Shown here: positions 1 through 12,774 of the stretch, piece after piece
Position numbering within the stretch: position 1 is the stretch's first letter
Layout of the letters: every line of letters starts with the position of its first letter
NCBI GenBank assembly: GCA_964016885.1
Contig: OZ024763.1
Span: 26,722,001 to 26,786,000, forward strand
Reading direction: 5' to 3'
Length of the DNA: 64,000 nucleotides
DNA from: Eledone cirrhosa
Taxonomy: Eukaryota
Notes under the pieces: model-generated
Told to the model about the DNA's origin: nothing
The model's input: the letters and a program-made list of their open reading frames with translations, nothing else
Databases searched by the model: none
Translations under genes and position numbers: made by a program

Positions 1-503
1 AAGAAAAATGAATGTATATGTATATATATATAATCAATATATATATATATTGATTATATATATATGTATATATATATAATCAATATATATATATTGATTA
101 TATATCCAAATATATTAATTATATATATATATGGATTATATATATATATATATATATTTATATATAAATTGTTTTAAGAAATATTTTGTAAAATGAGGAA
201 AAATATATTTATATTTAATAATAAAACACGAAAATTACCACCATTTTCATCACCCGGGTCGTATGAGGATAAATAAGAAATATAGTAGAAAATAATAAAA
301 ATAATATTCCATTTGTTGTAGATGTTGTTTTGTAAAAGCACCAGAAGAATGAAAGTTTTTTGTGTTGTAGTTGGAGTGGTAGATGTAGAACGCTTTCTTT
401 ATCCTTGTAAATTTTTTAAAATATAATAATAATATAATTATTCCTTTGATTAGAAATGTGGTATTACTAAAATATATTGTATATATTGGTCCAATATTCT
501 TAC

Positions 504-645
504 CAGAATCGTCCGTTTTTATACATTATATCCAACATTTTGAAAAAAAAAATGAGAAAATTTTTACAATCGACCGTGAAAAAGAGATGTAGAAGGCGGG
601 GGGAGGACGGACCGTTACAGACGACAAACAAGACGCCATTTTGGA
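504..645 (-). promoter_or_regulatory. Candidate first exon / TSS-proximal region of a minus-strand gene
   Basis: Minus strand reads AAAATGGCG (YY1-type motif, 642-634) in a locally GC/CpG-richer non-repetitive patch and ends at a consensus donor CTG|GTAAGA (exon end 504). Motif evidence only. Confidence 0.3.
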
Positions 646-731
646 TTTTTAGATAAAAAAACTTTCCACAATACTGGCGACGACTCGCGGGAGGGGGTTG
701 TGATGATAAAAACTATATATATATACACGTG

Positions 732-966
<235 letters not shown>

Positions 967-1081
967 TATTTATAAAAGAGAAAGAGAAAATAAATTTAAT
1001 CCAACGAAATGAGTGATATATAATATATTTCAATTTTTTTTTGTGGTTTTTTACAAAATTCCAATTTTTCGATGGTCGGAC

Positions 1082-1158
<77 letters not shown>

Positions 1159-3417
1159 GATAAATATAATATATTTATATATGTATGTGTGTGTATATAT
1201 TTATACACATATATACAATTTTTTTTTAAATTTTTGGTATTTCGTGACTGATATCCAAATTTTCATTAGCATTTTGACCTGAACAAGTCAAAAGGAAGTG
1301 TAATTTGTCATTTTTAAAACTGTAGTTGAATTGGCTATGGAAGGACAAAGGAAATAACAAGAGCGAGAGAAAGAGAGATAGAGAGAGAGAAGTAGGGATA
1401 TGTTTTATATACAAGATAGAGCATTGAATATTTTTCTGTGTGGAGGTTTGGTGATGGTGATAGTAGTGGTAGTGGTGGTGGTGGTGGTGGTGGTGGTGGT
1501 TGGTTATCCAGTAGAAAATAAAGCCATGTGTGCCGACATAATTTATCCCAGGCATTCGGGGTTGTTATTTTTTTGTGTTTTGTTTTGTTGTATTCCCTTT
1601 TACCTGTCGTTATTGTATCTTCTAAACAAAAAAAAAAAAATATATATATAGGAAAACCAGCCCCTTTATATATACAATATCTTTCATTCATTTCATACAC
1701 ACTCGACACACTACATATATATATATAATGTTGAATATATATATGTATGTATGTTGAATATATATTATATACGTTCGTACTGATATTTAAAGCCTCGTTA
1801 TTTTGTAAATCTAATTTTTACTCCCATCTTTCTTTCCGACTTATACTACAATACATTATACACACACTCACACATTCACAATATGCCAGCTGAGCGACAA
1901 CCTCTTTATCGGGTTTCGTTTAAGCTGCTTGCTGTCTGTTTAAACAAAGCAGCGAAGGAGAGTAAAGTAGTAGAAAAATGTATGTTTGTTTGTATGTGTG
2001 TGGTGTATTTTTTTTTTTTTTTTTTTAGGTTTTTAGGCGGATAAGGCAACAAACCAACCGACCAACCGACCGATCGGCTGTTTGGTGTCAGCTAGCAGGA
2101 AAGACATTTACGAAATCAGAATTAAAATGGCTGCGTAGAATATAGATAGATTGTTTTGAGGTTTAGATGTTGTAGTGACTGTGTAGTTATATATACAAGG
2201 ATGGCGTTTGGTGTTGGAGGATAAGTGATAGAGGAAGAAGAAGCAGTATATAAAAACGTAATAATGATAATAATATAAATAACATATACTAATAAATAAT
2301 GAATAAATAGAAGCTAGTTGAAGACGGGTGAGATATTTAGCCAATAACAACATTAAATTGTGTAGTTCGCCATTCACTGTTGTTGAGGTGGTGGCGGTGG
2401 CGGTAGGGAAAGTACTGTAGGGAGAAGGGGTGAGGGAGTGAGAAAGAATGTGAGAGGGAGTGAAAGACAGAGAGGGGGAGTGAGAAAGAGTGAAGGAGGA
2501 ATGTGAGAAAGATTGACAGAGAGGGGGGTGAAGAAGGAATGTGAGACAGAGAGAGAGAGAGGGGTGGAGAAGGACTGAGAAACGGAGAGAGGGGTGGAGA
2601 AGGACTGAGAAACGGAGAGAGGGGTGGAGAAGGAATGTGAGACAGAGAGAGAGAGGGGTGGGTGGGTGGAGAAAGAATGTATGAGTGAGAGAGAGGGCTG
2701 GAGAAGGAACGTAAGAAACAGAGAGAAGGGGAGAAAGAGAAGGGTGGAGAAGGAACGTAAGAGACAAAGAGAGAGAGAGAGGGCTGGAGAAAGAACCTAA
2801 GAGACAGAGAGAGGGGTGGAGAAGGAATGTAAGAAAGAGAAAGGGGTGGAGAAAGAATGTAAGAAACAAAGAGGGGGAGAGAATAAGAGATTGCTAAAGT
2901 TAGGAATGCAAGTTAGTGCTGTTTGTGGTGTCGCTTTATTATTGCCCAAGTTGGTAAAATGGAGCAGGACAGAGAATATAATAGCAGTAGTAGTAGTGGT
3001 GGTGGTAGTAGTGGTAGTAGTAGTAGTAGCCGCTGTGGTTGGTGGTAGTGGTGGTAATAGTAATGGTAGTAGTAGTGGTGGTGATAGTAGCAGCTGTGGT
3101 GGTAGTGGTAGTAGCAGCTGTGGTAATAGTAGTGGTGATAGTGGTAGCAGCTATGGTGGTAGTAATAGCTGTGATGTTGGTAGTAGTAGTAGCAGCTGTG
3201 GTGGTAGTGGTGGTAATAGTAGTAGCAGTTGTGGTAATAGCAGCTGTGGTGGTGGTGGTGGCAGTAGTAGCAATGCTATTTCACTGGAATGTAAGAACAA
3301 AGAGAGAACGACGACAAGATCGGCTTTGAATAAAGAACTGAGAACGAGAGATAGAGAAAGAGAGAGGTGTTGTGTGGTGTGTGTGTGTTAGCAAAATGAG
3401 CTGATATATATATATAT

Positions 3418-3488
3418 ATTACCCACTTTACTACCCAAAGTATCGAGTACTCTGGTGCACCTGGTTCCTTACCACACTTCCTTCGTTA
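3418..3488 (+). mobile_element. Isolated tail module of hairpin family A/B between TA tracts
   Basis: TTACCCACT...CCTTCGTTA matches the tail at 3601-3679, with an internal deletion. Confidence 0.85.
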
Positions 3489-3497
3489 TATATATAT

Positions 3498-3679
3498 ATA
3501 GGAACGAGTAGGACCCCGACGGCTGAGCTCAAGCCGTTTCGACGGCTAATTCTGGACTTTTTAGTCTAGAATTAGCCGTCGGGGTCCTACTCGTTCCTAT
3601 TACCCACTCTACTATCCTAAGTATTGAGTACTTTGGTGCGTTATGGTCCATCTGGTTCCTTACCACATTTCCTTCGTTA
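3498..3679 (+). mobile_element. Asymmetric hairpin element, family A
   Basis: ATAGGAACGAGTAGG..CTGGAC arm, loop, reverse-complement arm (with a deletion between the two GCCGTCG repeats), then the tail; near-identical to 55524-55733. Confidence 0.9.
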
Positions 3680-3745
3680 GATATATAGATATATATTGTT
3701 ATGCTTTGGGAGGGTCATGTTGCCAATAAGAAATTCAGAAACGAA

Positions 3746-3776
<31 letters not shown>

Positions 3777-3917
3777 GGTATATAATACTTTATATATATA
3801 TGAAAACCCGTATGACTCTAAAACCCGGTCCGTCTGTGTGGCTACATACAGACTAGGCGTCAGTCATACAAAAGTGAGTTAGAAGCGAAACGAAATTTAA
3901 TTTCGTTTCGTAATTTG

Positions 3918-4018
<101 letters not shown>

Positions 4019-4025
4019 TGGTATA

Positions 4026-4212
4026 TAATTGTTTCTACTTTTGGCACAAGGCCAGCAATTACCCAGTGTATTACTGGTACTTTATTTTATCGACCTCGTA
4101 AGGATGAAAGGCAAAGTTAACCTCGGCGGGATTTGAACTCAGAATGGCAAGGGCCGTAACTCTACGCGTCAAAGCATGGCGTCCGACCCTCTACCGATAC
4201 TGCCAATCCATC
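4026..4212 (-). mobile_element. tRNA-derived SINE, family 1 (core GCCTTTCATCCTT.CG.GGTCGATAAA..AAGTACCAG)
   Basis: Minus strand has A-box-like TGGCAGTATCGG, B-box GTTCAAATCC and a core shared with about nine other copies in the window. Confidence 0.9.
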
Positions 4213-4229
4213 AATACTTAATATATATA

Positions 4230-4545
4230 TTCGTCCACATATTCCTGAGAGGGTCGTGGGGCCAGAGTCCTCAAACACCCCTTCCAGCGGGTCCTGTCAG
4301 AGGCAACCGTCTCCAGCTGATTCGGCTGGATCTCCAAGCGAGACAAGCCATGATCATGGATGTTATCCAACCATCTTGTTCGGGGTCTACTCCTGGGTCT
4401 CCTGCCGGTTGGTTTTGCCCGTAAAATCTGTCCATGGATTCTTTACTGAGACATTCTAACTACATGCGCATAGTATCGGAGTTGTGATCTCTCAATTCGG
4501 AGTAGTGGCAGCTCTACCTGGAGTGACTCTCTGATCTCCGAGCTT
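4230..4545 (-). pseudogene. 3' end of an RTE-clade LINE ORF, degenerate
   Basis: Minus translation EIRESLQVELPLLRIERSQLRYYAHVVRMSQ*RIHGQILRAKPTGRRPRSRPRTRWLDNI..ASDRTRWKG matches the RTE C-terminal pattern (LRWxGHVxRM, GxRxRGRPRxRW, DRxxW). Confidence 0.85.
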
Positions 4546-5033
4546 CAAATTTGGCCAGCGATTCTTTCCTGAGACATTCTAACCACATGCCCATAGTATC
4601 AGAGCTGTGATCTCTCAATTTGGAGAGGTAGCGGCTCTACCTGGAGTGACTCTCTGATCTCCGATCTACAGATCTGTCCAGCGATTCTTTCCTGAGACAT
4701 CTTAACCACATGCCCATAGTATTGGAGCTGTCATCTCTCAATTTGGAGAGGTAGCGGCTCTACCTGGAGTGACTCTCTGATCTCCGATCTACAGATCTGT
4801 CCAGCGATTCTTTCCTGAGACATCTTAACCACATGCCCATAGTATTGGAGCTGTCATCTCTCAATTTGGAGAGGTAGCGGCTCTACCTGGAGTGACTCTC
4901 TGATCTCCGATCTACAGATCTGTCCAGCGATTCTTTCCTGAGACATCTTAACCACATGCCCATAGTATTGGAGCTGTCATCTCTCAATTCAGAGAGGTAG
5001 CGGCGCTACCTGCAACGATTCTCTGATCTCCGA
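4425..5033. repeat. About five tandem copies of a 123-bp unit derived from RTE coding sequence
   Basis: GCGATTCTTTCCTGAGACAT recurs at 4558, 4681, 4804 and 4927 (period 123). Confidence 0.95.
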
Positions 5034-5261
5034 CGCACTCTATTGTATAATAGTCGATCTCTATTTTTGGCCAAAGTAATCTGGAATTTTCCATAGACTT
5101 TTTATAAACGTGAACCCTAGTATTTCCTAGATAACAGGTCAATTGTGGGTCAAGGTATAATCAAGTACGTAAAAGTAACACTTACAAAATCGTCAGGAAT
5201 TCAAGGCAAAGTTATATTATTACAAATGAATGTCTGAAACTAAAAATTTACTCAAAAGTTA

Positions 5262-5425
5262 TTGGCCTAGGACGTTCGATTCTGGACTCGGTTGTGTGTT
5301 GTGTTCTTGAGCAAAATACTTCATTTAACGTTGCTCCAGTGGTATGGGTGTTGGACTTACTGTCAATGTTGTAGGTTCGATTCCTGGACTGGGTTGTGGG
5401 TTGTGTTCTTGAGCAAAAATACTTG
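5262..5425 (+). mobile_element. Two tandem degenerate heads of SINE family 2
   Basis: GTTCGATTC B-box followed by GTGTTCTTGAGCAAAATACTT, twice; similar to 17425-17546. Confidence 0.6.
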
Positions 5426-5499
5426 GGAGCCCTGTGATTGGCCAAGACCCCTTTCGAATCCTCGTTGGCGGTATAATATACACTTGAGGCAGTGGGCGT

Positions 5500-5551
<52 letters not shown>

Positions 5552-5673
5552 CTTCTTATCCAATTCTTTACTTCTGAAGAGGCTCTTTATCCAAATTTTC
5601 TTAAATGTTATAATTTCCGACTATTGTTGTAGTTATTTACGTTGCGACGACTACGGTTCAAATTATATATATA

Positions 5674-6033
5674 CTAGCTGACGTACCCAGCTTCGCCCGG
5701 GTAAACAGATGATAAGAGAAGACAGGTAAAAGAGAAAATGACTGTATTGGATGTTTGTCCGGTTATGAGGTGAGTCCGTGGTGTCTGTGTGATACAAAAA
5801 CAGAAAACAGTAAAAAGAATCTTCCAGATATACCAGATTCTTCGTTGTACCGTTTGTTCATAATATATGAACAATTCTAGGTGCTCCTACCTAGAATAGT
5901 GACCTCTGGGAGATGGTTCATCTTCTGCCTAACTGTAAAACGTGTATCATTGCATAGATGTGGTTGTTCCACGTTTCTCAAAAGGATGATGGAAGTTCCA
6001 ATCTTTTATATTATATGTAGATATAGATATAGA
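5674..6033 (-). mobile_element. Non-autonomous Helitron-like element
   Basis: Minus-strand 3' end is CCCGGGCGAAGCTGGG hairpin, 8 nt, then CTAG|T; 5' end is TCTATATC..ATATAAAAGA. Confidence 0.7.
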
Positions 6034-6597
6034 TAATTAATATAAAAGATGTCTGTCAATGTAAAAAAAGGTCCCTATTTACTCCCTTCACAACTCTGTG
6101 TATCTTAGACCGACAGACAGGCACACAGACAGTTAAACTGCGTGGCGATTGTGGGATGCCGCACTTACACACACATACACGCATGGAAACGCGCACACGC
6201 ACGCAAACTTACACACACGCACACACTCACATGTTGAAGTTTTTTACTTTCTGTGGAACACTGCACGCACACATAAACATACGCGCACGTACATACACAC
6301 GCACACATAAACATACGCGCACGTACATACACACGCACACATGTTAATAGTTATTGCTTTCCTTCCCCTCTTATTTCCACACACACACGTCTCTACACTG
6401 ACACATATACATAGTGTATTCAAACACAGCGTTAACTTTACCTCTCTCTCTCCCCTCTCACTCCCTCATTGACATTATGCATATTAATTTAAGTTTGACG
6501 TCGTTGAGGTGGGCGGAGTCGTTTGAAACGTATGAACCAATGATAATCGAGAATTATGACACACGGAATACTGACATTGTTGAAATTAATATATAGA
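6034..6597 (-). mobile_element. Probable second Helitron-like 5' portion with an internal (CA)-rich tract
   Basis: Minus strand begins A|TCTATATATTAATTTC, a Helitron-like 5' end; no separate 3' hairpin seen. Confidence 0.4.
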
Positions 6598-6703
6598 TAA
6601 GTGTCGTTTAAGGTAATCCAGCTCACCTGAGATTAATGAAACAATTGTTAATACTGTAAATAAACCCTTTTTGTACAGCCGACCACCATGTTATTCTTCA
6701 TAC

Positions 6704-6770
<67 letters not shown>

Positions 6771-6773
6771 ATA

Positions 6774-6875
6774 CAGGGTGTCCTCTAAAGATGCATACAC
6801 ACTTCAACAGCATTCTATTAAGTATTGCTTGTACAGGTAATCAATGTGTGTATACGTTTTTGCGGGGACACCCTG
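6774..6875. mobile_element. Tc1/mariner-type MITE, about 100 bp
   Basis: TA|CAGGGTGTCC...GGACACCCTG|TA terminal inverted repeats with TA duplication; second copy at 39223-39322 and rearranged copies at 8490-8940. Confidence 0.85.
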
Positions 6876-6891
6876 TATGTGTGTATGCTTG

Positions 6892-6947
<56 letters not shown>

Positions 6948-7012
6948 TTTTATTAAGGCCAATAATGAGCCTTGTTACTCTGGGGTTTTATCTGCTTCTC
7001 TCGGGGTTATGA

Positions 7013-7058
7013 TTGCCTGATGACCCTGTGAGAAGCAGGTGAAACTCCAGAGTAACAA
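7013..7058 (+). ncRNA. Minimal type-I hammerhead ribozyme motif inside inverted pair 6944-7090
   Basis: TTGC CTGATGA C CCTG-tgagaag-CAGG T GAAA CTC-CA-GAG TA ACAA; stem I has one mismatch. Confidence 0.7.
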
Positions 7059-7086
7059 AGCTGACTACTTAGCCTTAATAAAATGA

Positions 7087-7126
<40 letters not shown>

Positions 7127-7299
7127 ATAAAAGATAAACTGAAATACCAATACAATCAGTACAGTATATGGAAGGAATATATTAGGTTAACGCTTGACAC
7201 TAGTCCTCCACCAGAAGAAAGAATGAGATATAAGATAGATTGAAGGGACGCGCAGAGTGGATTTGGAAAAAAAATGTCTTTAGATAAAAACAACAGGTC

Positions 7300-7332
<33 letters not shown>

Positions 7333-7624
7333 AACGTTTGTATATGTATAATAAAGCCAAAACGATCAGGTATCTTTTGCATTTGCATTCTTTATTCTAT
7401 GTCCATACCTGCATTGTTTTGGCTTTATTATACATATACAAACGTTTATACCTCATTACACAATGCTTCAAGTGAACTATAACCTCCTCCATATATATAT
7501 ATATATATTAATAAATGGAATTCCAACTTTATCTGATTTACTCGTTTTATTTACAATCCTTTAAAATTTATAATGGTATTAGAATGAAATAGTATGGTAG
7601 AATATTAAATGTTAAGTGTTAATT

Positions 7625-7661
7625 AAAGAAGTACTTTCATGCTTTCGCAATCTTCAGGTTC
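7625..7661 (-). ncRNA. Hammerhead-like motif inside inverted repeat 7507-7765
   Basis: Minus: CTGAAGA T TGC-GAAA-GCA T GAAA GTAC TT; stem I is weak. Confidence 0.55.
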
Positions 7662-7894
7662 ATATTGTGTGGTGAGAGTCAAGTTTGCAATTTTCATAAA
7701 TTTTAAAGGATTGTAAATAAAACGTGTAAATCAGACAAAGTTGGAATTCCTTTTATTAATATAATCTTCTATACACAATCATACACACCCGTGTATATTT
7801 ACCTAGGTCTATATCTATCTATCTCTATATATATATATATACTCTTTTACTCTTTTACCTGTTCCAGCCATCAGGCTGAGGCTATGCTGGGTCA

Positions 7895-8115
7895 TATATA
7901 TTTGTTTTGCAAGGTTTTTGATATGAACTCGTGTGTCGAAACAAATATTGTTATACTTGGGGAGGGTCATATTGTTATTATATTGCCAGAAATATTAACA
8001 GAACAGACTCACTGTTTGGTTTCGGTTGGTTTTCGATTCTGTATCTTTTATATCTCCATAGTTAATTTATTTGGCAATCAATGTTTATCATTGATTGACG
8101 AACGGTTAAAAATGT
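7895..8115 (+). mobile_element. Unclassified dispersed repeat, family E
   Basis: Matches the reverse complement of 23425-23706 and partial copies near 3693-3750 and 27318-27352 (GGGAGGGTCAT..TTGCCA). Confidence 0.7.
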
Positions 8116-8152
<37 letters not shown>

Positions 8153-8158
8153 ACACAT

Positions 8159-8194
<36 letters not shown>

Positions 8195-8270
8195 GATAAA
8201 GAACACAAGAGCGTCTCCAACATCAAAAGATTTTTATTGGCTTACAATGTTTCTTCCAATATATATATAC

Positions 8271-8350
<80 letters not shown>

Positions 8351-8408
8351 CTGTGTATACATTTTTTTGACACGTATATGTGTGTTTGTGTACATATATG
8401 TGTATCTG

Positions 8409-8464
<56 letters not shown>

Positions 8465-8747
8465 CAGATACACATATATGTACACAAACACACATATACG
8501 TGTCAAAAAAATGTATACACACTTTGATTACCTGTACAAGCAATATTTATGAGAATCCTGTTGAAGTGTGTATACATTTTTTGGAACACACATATATATT
8601 ACTGCATCTCTCTCTATATATATAATTTCGGATTTTGGTCTTTGTATTTATCATTACACTACTATATGTGTGTATGTATACATATATACCACAATATTTT
8701 GACACACATATATATATATACATTTTTTTTTGGGGGGGGGACACACC

Positions 8748-8779
<32 letters not shown>

Positions 8780-8956
8780 ATGTATACATATATTTATGAG
8801 AATGCTATTGAAGTGTGGATACATTTTTTGGGGATCACCATATATATATATATGGTGTTCCCCAAAAAATGTATCCACACTTCAATAGCATTCTCATAAA
8901 TATATGTATACATTTTTTTTGGGGGGGGGGACACTGTATATATATATATAAGAACC

Positions 8957-9038
<82 letters not shown>

Positions 9039-9366
9039 TTCTTACATGTGTGTGTGTGTGTATATAAACACAATATTTTGATATATATATATATGTAGGT
9101 ATGTATATCAAAAAATTATGTATATATATATAGGTTCACACTCATACACACACACGTGTATATATATATATATATTTATATACACACCTCCCACATAATG
9201 TCTAAAATTCTCACAGCCATTCCTTCCCCTACACCAACCCTCACCCCTCTTCCTAATTTCTCTCTCTCTCCTCCTCCTACTACTACTACCTTCTCTTTAT
9301 AGCTATCCTCCCCTCCTCTTCCCCCTCCCCTTCAACAAAATGCCAACCTTTGTTATATTTCTTCCT

Positions 9367-9405
<39 letters not shown>

Positions 9406-9560
9406 AACAACTACTACTACTACTACTACTATTACTACTACTACTACTACTCCCTTTGTAGTATTAGTGCCTTTCTTTTCTTTCTCTCTCCCTCTCTCTC
9501 TATCTTTTATTTGTGTTCGTTTGTAATAAGGAAGAAAAGGAAGAGTAAGAAAGAAGTGAT

Positions 9561-9628
<68 letters not shown>

Positions 9629-10109
9629 AGAGAATTAGATAGATTGAGATATATATAGAGAGTGAAAGAGTGTGTGTGAAGGGGGGGGAGATACATAGTG
9701 TAAGTGTGAGAGCGAGTGAGATAGATAGTGTCAGTGTGAGAGAGAGGGCGATAGAAAGAGAGAGAGTGTGTGAGAGAGAGCGAGAGACAGGGACAGAGAT
9801 AGTGTGAGTGTGAGAGGGAGATAGATAGAGAGAGAGAGAGATAAGCTGGAACAAAGCAGTCTAAACCAGTTCTGGTCGGTTTTAACGTTCATACTTTGTA
9901 GATTTTCTTCAACGCAACAGAATCTTAAACACACACACACACCTGCATGCGCTCATATATATATGTGTGTATTTGTATATATATATATGTTTGTGTGCGT
10001 ATATATATGTGTGCGTGCGTATATATATATATGTGTGCGTAGGTATATATATATGTGTGTGCATAGGTATATATATATGTGTGTATATGTATGTATATAT
10101 ATATGTATG

Positions 10110-10147
<38 letters not shown>

Positions 10148-10239
10148 GTGTGACAGCTGAGAGAAAAGAGTACTCAATACCGAAGTAGAGTTTTTGTTTG
10201 ACGAAGCTCCAGAGTAACAAGATTCATTATGTAGCCTTC

Positions 10240-10288
<49 letters not shown>

Positions 10289-10391
10289 ACAATAGTAATA
10301 AATGGAAAATATATCACTATAGCATCATATTTATTTTATTATATATATTTCAAGGATACTAAATATATATATATTATATATATATATATAT

Positions 10392-10575
10392 TACCCACTC
10401 TACTACCCTAAGTATTGAGTACTTTGGTGCGTTATGGTCCACCTGGTTCCTTACCACATTTCCTTCGTTATATATATATAGAAGATCGGCTATTTAAATA
10501 CCAGGATAAATTTTCATTTAGTCCAGAATTAGCCGTCGAAACGGCTTGAGCTCAGCCGTCGGGGTCTTACTGGTT

Positions 10576-10580
<5 letters not shown>
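10392..10580 (+). mobile_element. Family A modules in permuted order (tail 10392-10470, arm 10518-10580)
   Basis: Both pieces match 55592-55733, split exactly at TTCCTAT|TACCC. Confidence 0.85.
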
Positions 10581-10628
<48 letters not shown>

Positions 10629-10677
10629 TGAGATACAACCGGTCCTGGCATTGATAAATATGGTGGGTCTCTCAACT

Positions 10678-10716
<39 letters not shown>

Positions 10717-10773
10717 TAAAAAAATAATGAATAAAACAATGAAACAGTTCCTTATATTAAACAAAAAAAGTTC

Positions 10774-10920
10774 ATTATTTAACGATCGTTTCTAGGACAT
10801 ATATGTGTTAGAATTGGCATGCATATTTAACAGATCTATGTACAAAATTATACAAAATTATACAAACTATCAAATTTAATATACATACCAACACATATAT
10901 ATGCCGTCTTCAGAAATAAT
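10774..10920 (-). ncRNA. Type-I hammerhead motif with a long stem II
   Basis: Minus: ATTATTT CTGAAGA C GGCATATATATGTGTTGG ... CTAACACATATATGTCC TA GAAA CGATCG TT AAATAAT; 7-bp stem I and palindromic stem III. A truncated mirror copy starts at 10921. Confidence 0.75.
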
Positions 10921-11076
10921 TATTTCTGAAGACGGCATATATATGTGTTGGTATGTATATAGTATAAACAACCACAAACAGGAAGGTCAGTAATTTCTTA
11001 ATAACCTTATTACCAGTAAGGGAAATAGCTCAATGTATGAACTTATATATATATATATATAGTAATAATAATAGTA

Positions 11077-11264
11077 ATAATTGTTTCTACTTTAGGCACA
11101 AGGCCAGCAATTATCCAGTGCATTACTGGTACTTTATTTTATCGACCCCGTAAGGATGAAAGGCAAAGTCAACCTCGGCGGGATTTGAACTCAGATCGTA
11201 AAGGGACGTAACTATGCTGGAAAGCATGGCGTCCGACCCTCCACCGATACTGCCAATCCACCGC
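11077..11264 (-). mobile_element. SINE family 1
   Basis: Full head, core and tail; flanked by TAGTAATAATT on both sides (possible TSD). Confidence 0.9.
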
Positions 11265-12526
11265 TAGTAATAATTATCTTCGTTTTTTCCGTTCATTGCC
11301 AGAGAACGTCTCTATGAACCACCTAAGAGAACATTAGTCTACGACCTCTTTTATACCATAAACGTGGTTCTGTCTTTGCGTGTAATTGTTTTCACCGCTC
11401 CTATTAATGACGTATTATTCGTTTTTTCCCGCGAACGTTACCACGAACCAAAGTATCGTCTTCCTGTCTTCCTCCGGTTGCAACGTTTTTTTTATATATC
11501 CACTTCTGCGTTTACAGATTGACTTTGTTAGTTTCAGAAGATCCCGTTAAGGGTGAAAGCAGCGATTCTTTGCTTAAACTTTAATCTGTTATTTTAATAA
11601 ATATATATATATATATATATATTGGACGTCTCTCAGAAACGTCGAACTCTCCTCCATTTCCTCCAAGCGTGAACCTAATATAACTGTGTATTTTTGCATT
11701 ATGAAGTGTGTGTGTGTGTGTGTGTGTGCCTATGTTGACGTTTATGTTTGTGTTTGACAAAAAGAAAAGCCATCGCTAAAACAGATATGAGACTTTAAAT
11801 TCAAAAACTTAAATTAACATAAATACATATTTGGGTCGTTATGAACGACTAACAGAAAAACCACCTTTCGGGTGGTTTTTCTGCTAACATGTGTAGTGTG
11901 TATAATGATATTATACGCAAGTATATATGCATGTAGATATGATACATCAAATAAAATCGCAATTGACAATATACACAAAAATTGAACGAAGACTGTGTTA
12001 CACTCTCTTATGGAATTAGTAAAGTAATCCACGATACATTAAAAACAGACGATATTATATATAAACTGCATTAGGAGAAAATTAGTGACGGAAATATATG
12101 AATGTTTATTTAAGCGATCGCTAACCGGAAGTGTTGACATTTGAAAATTTTAAAGTAGTGAATCTTTAAATAAGTAATAAAATATATTTAATGAACAGCC
12201 ACGAAATTTAGTAGATAAATTATGTAATATTCATTCATTGTTTATTCAAAGTAATGCAACTTATTTTACAAACGGGATATAAAAATATATTCTGGACGCA
12301 GTTCCGCACTCCTTACTTTATTATAGTTTAGATTACAAAAAACAAAACAAAAGAAAAAAAAAACAAATAACAAATTAAAAGATTGAGACTTCTAGTGTCC
12401 TTGGCCCTACGACCACCTCCCTACTTACCACTATCGGCACGGAGTTGGCTACCAGCAGGCGTGAGTTGGAATGACTCTTCCAACGCGCCTCCCTCACCAT
12501 CCACCGGGGAAACGCCTTCTCTATTC

Positions 12527-12623
12527 TCGACGAAGTCGAACTGACCAATCTGTTCCGGAAGACTTTCGAGCCGGGAATTATGGATAACTTCTAGAAATCC
12601 CTCACTTTGCAGTGCTACCGGGG
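12527..12623 (+). pseudogene. Degenerate L1/Tx1-like fragment
   Basis: DEVELTNLFRKTFEPGIMDNF*KSLTLQCYRG aligns with EEDELASLFGRTFRPGPTDNFQKSLAWQCYRG of ORF 40739-41365. Confidence 0.75.
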
Positions 12624-12774
12624 TCGGCTAGGGCGTGGGCCTCCATTTTCTTATAGTAGTGAGAGATGGGAGCAGCGAGAGAGACGGAGGCAGTGAGTTA
12701 AAGAGAGAGAACTTCATTTCCTATTTATTTATTTGTTTGTATTTACAAAATCAAATACTAACTAATTAACTCAT

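Noticed and set aside
4130-4212. tRNA genes at SINE heads
   Set aside because: A/B boxes are present but there is no full cloverleaf, and each continues into the SINE core.
11853-11883. Rho-independent terminator
   Set aside because: The shape fits, but the context is eukaryotic with no upstream bacterial-type gene.
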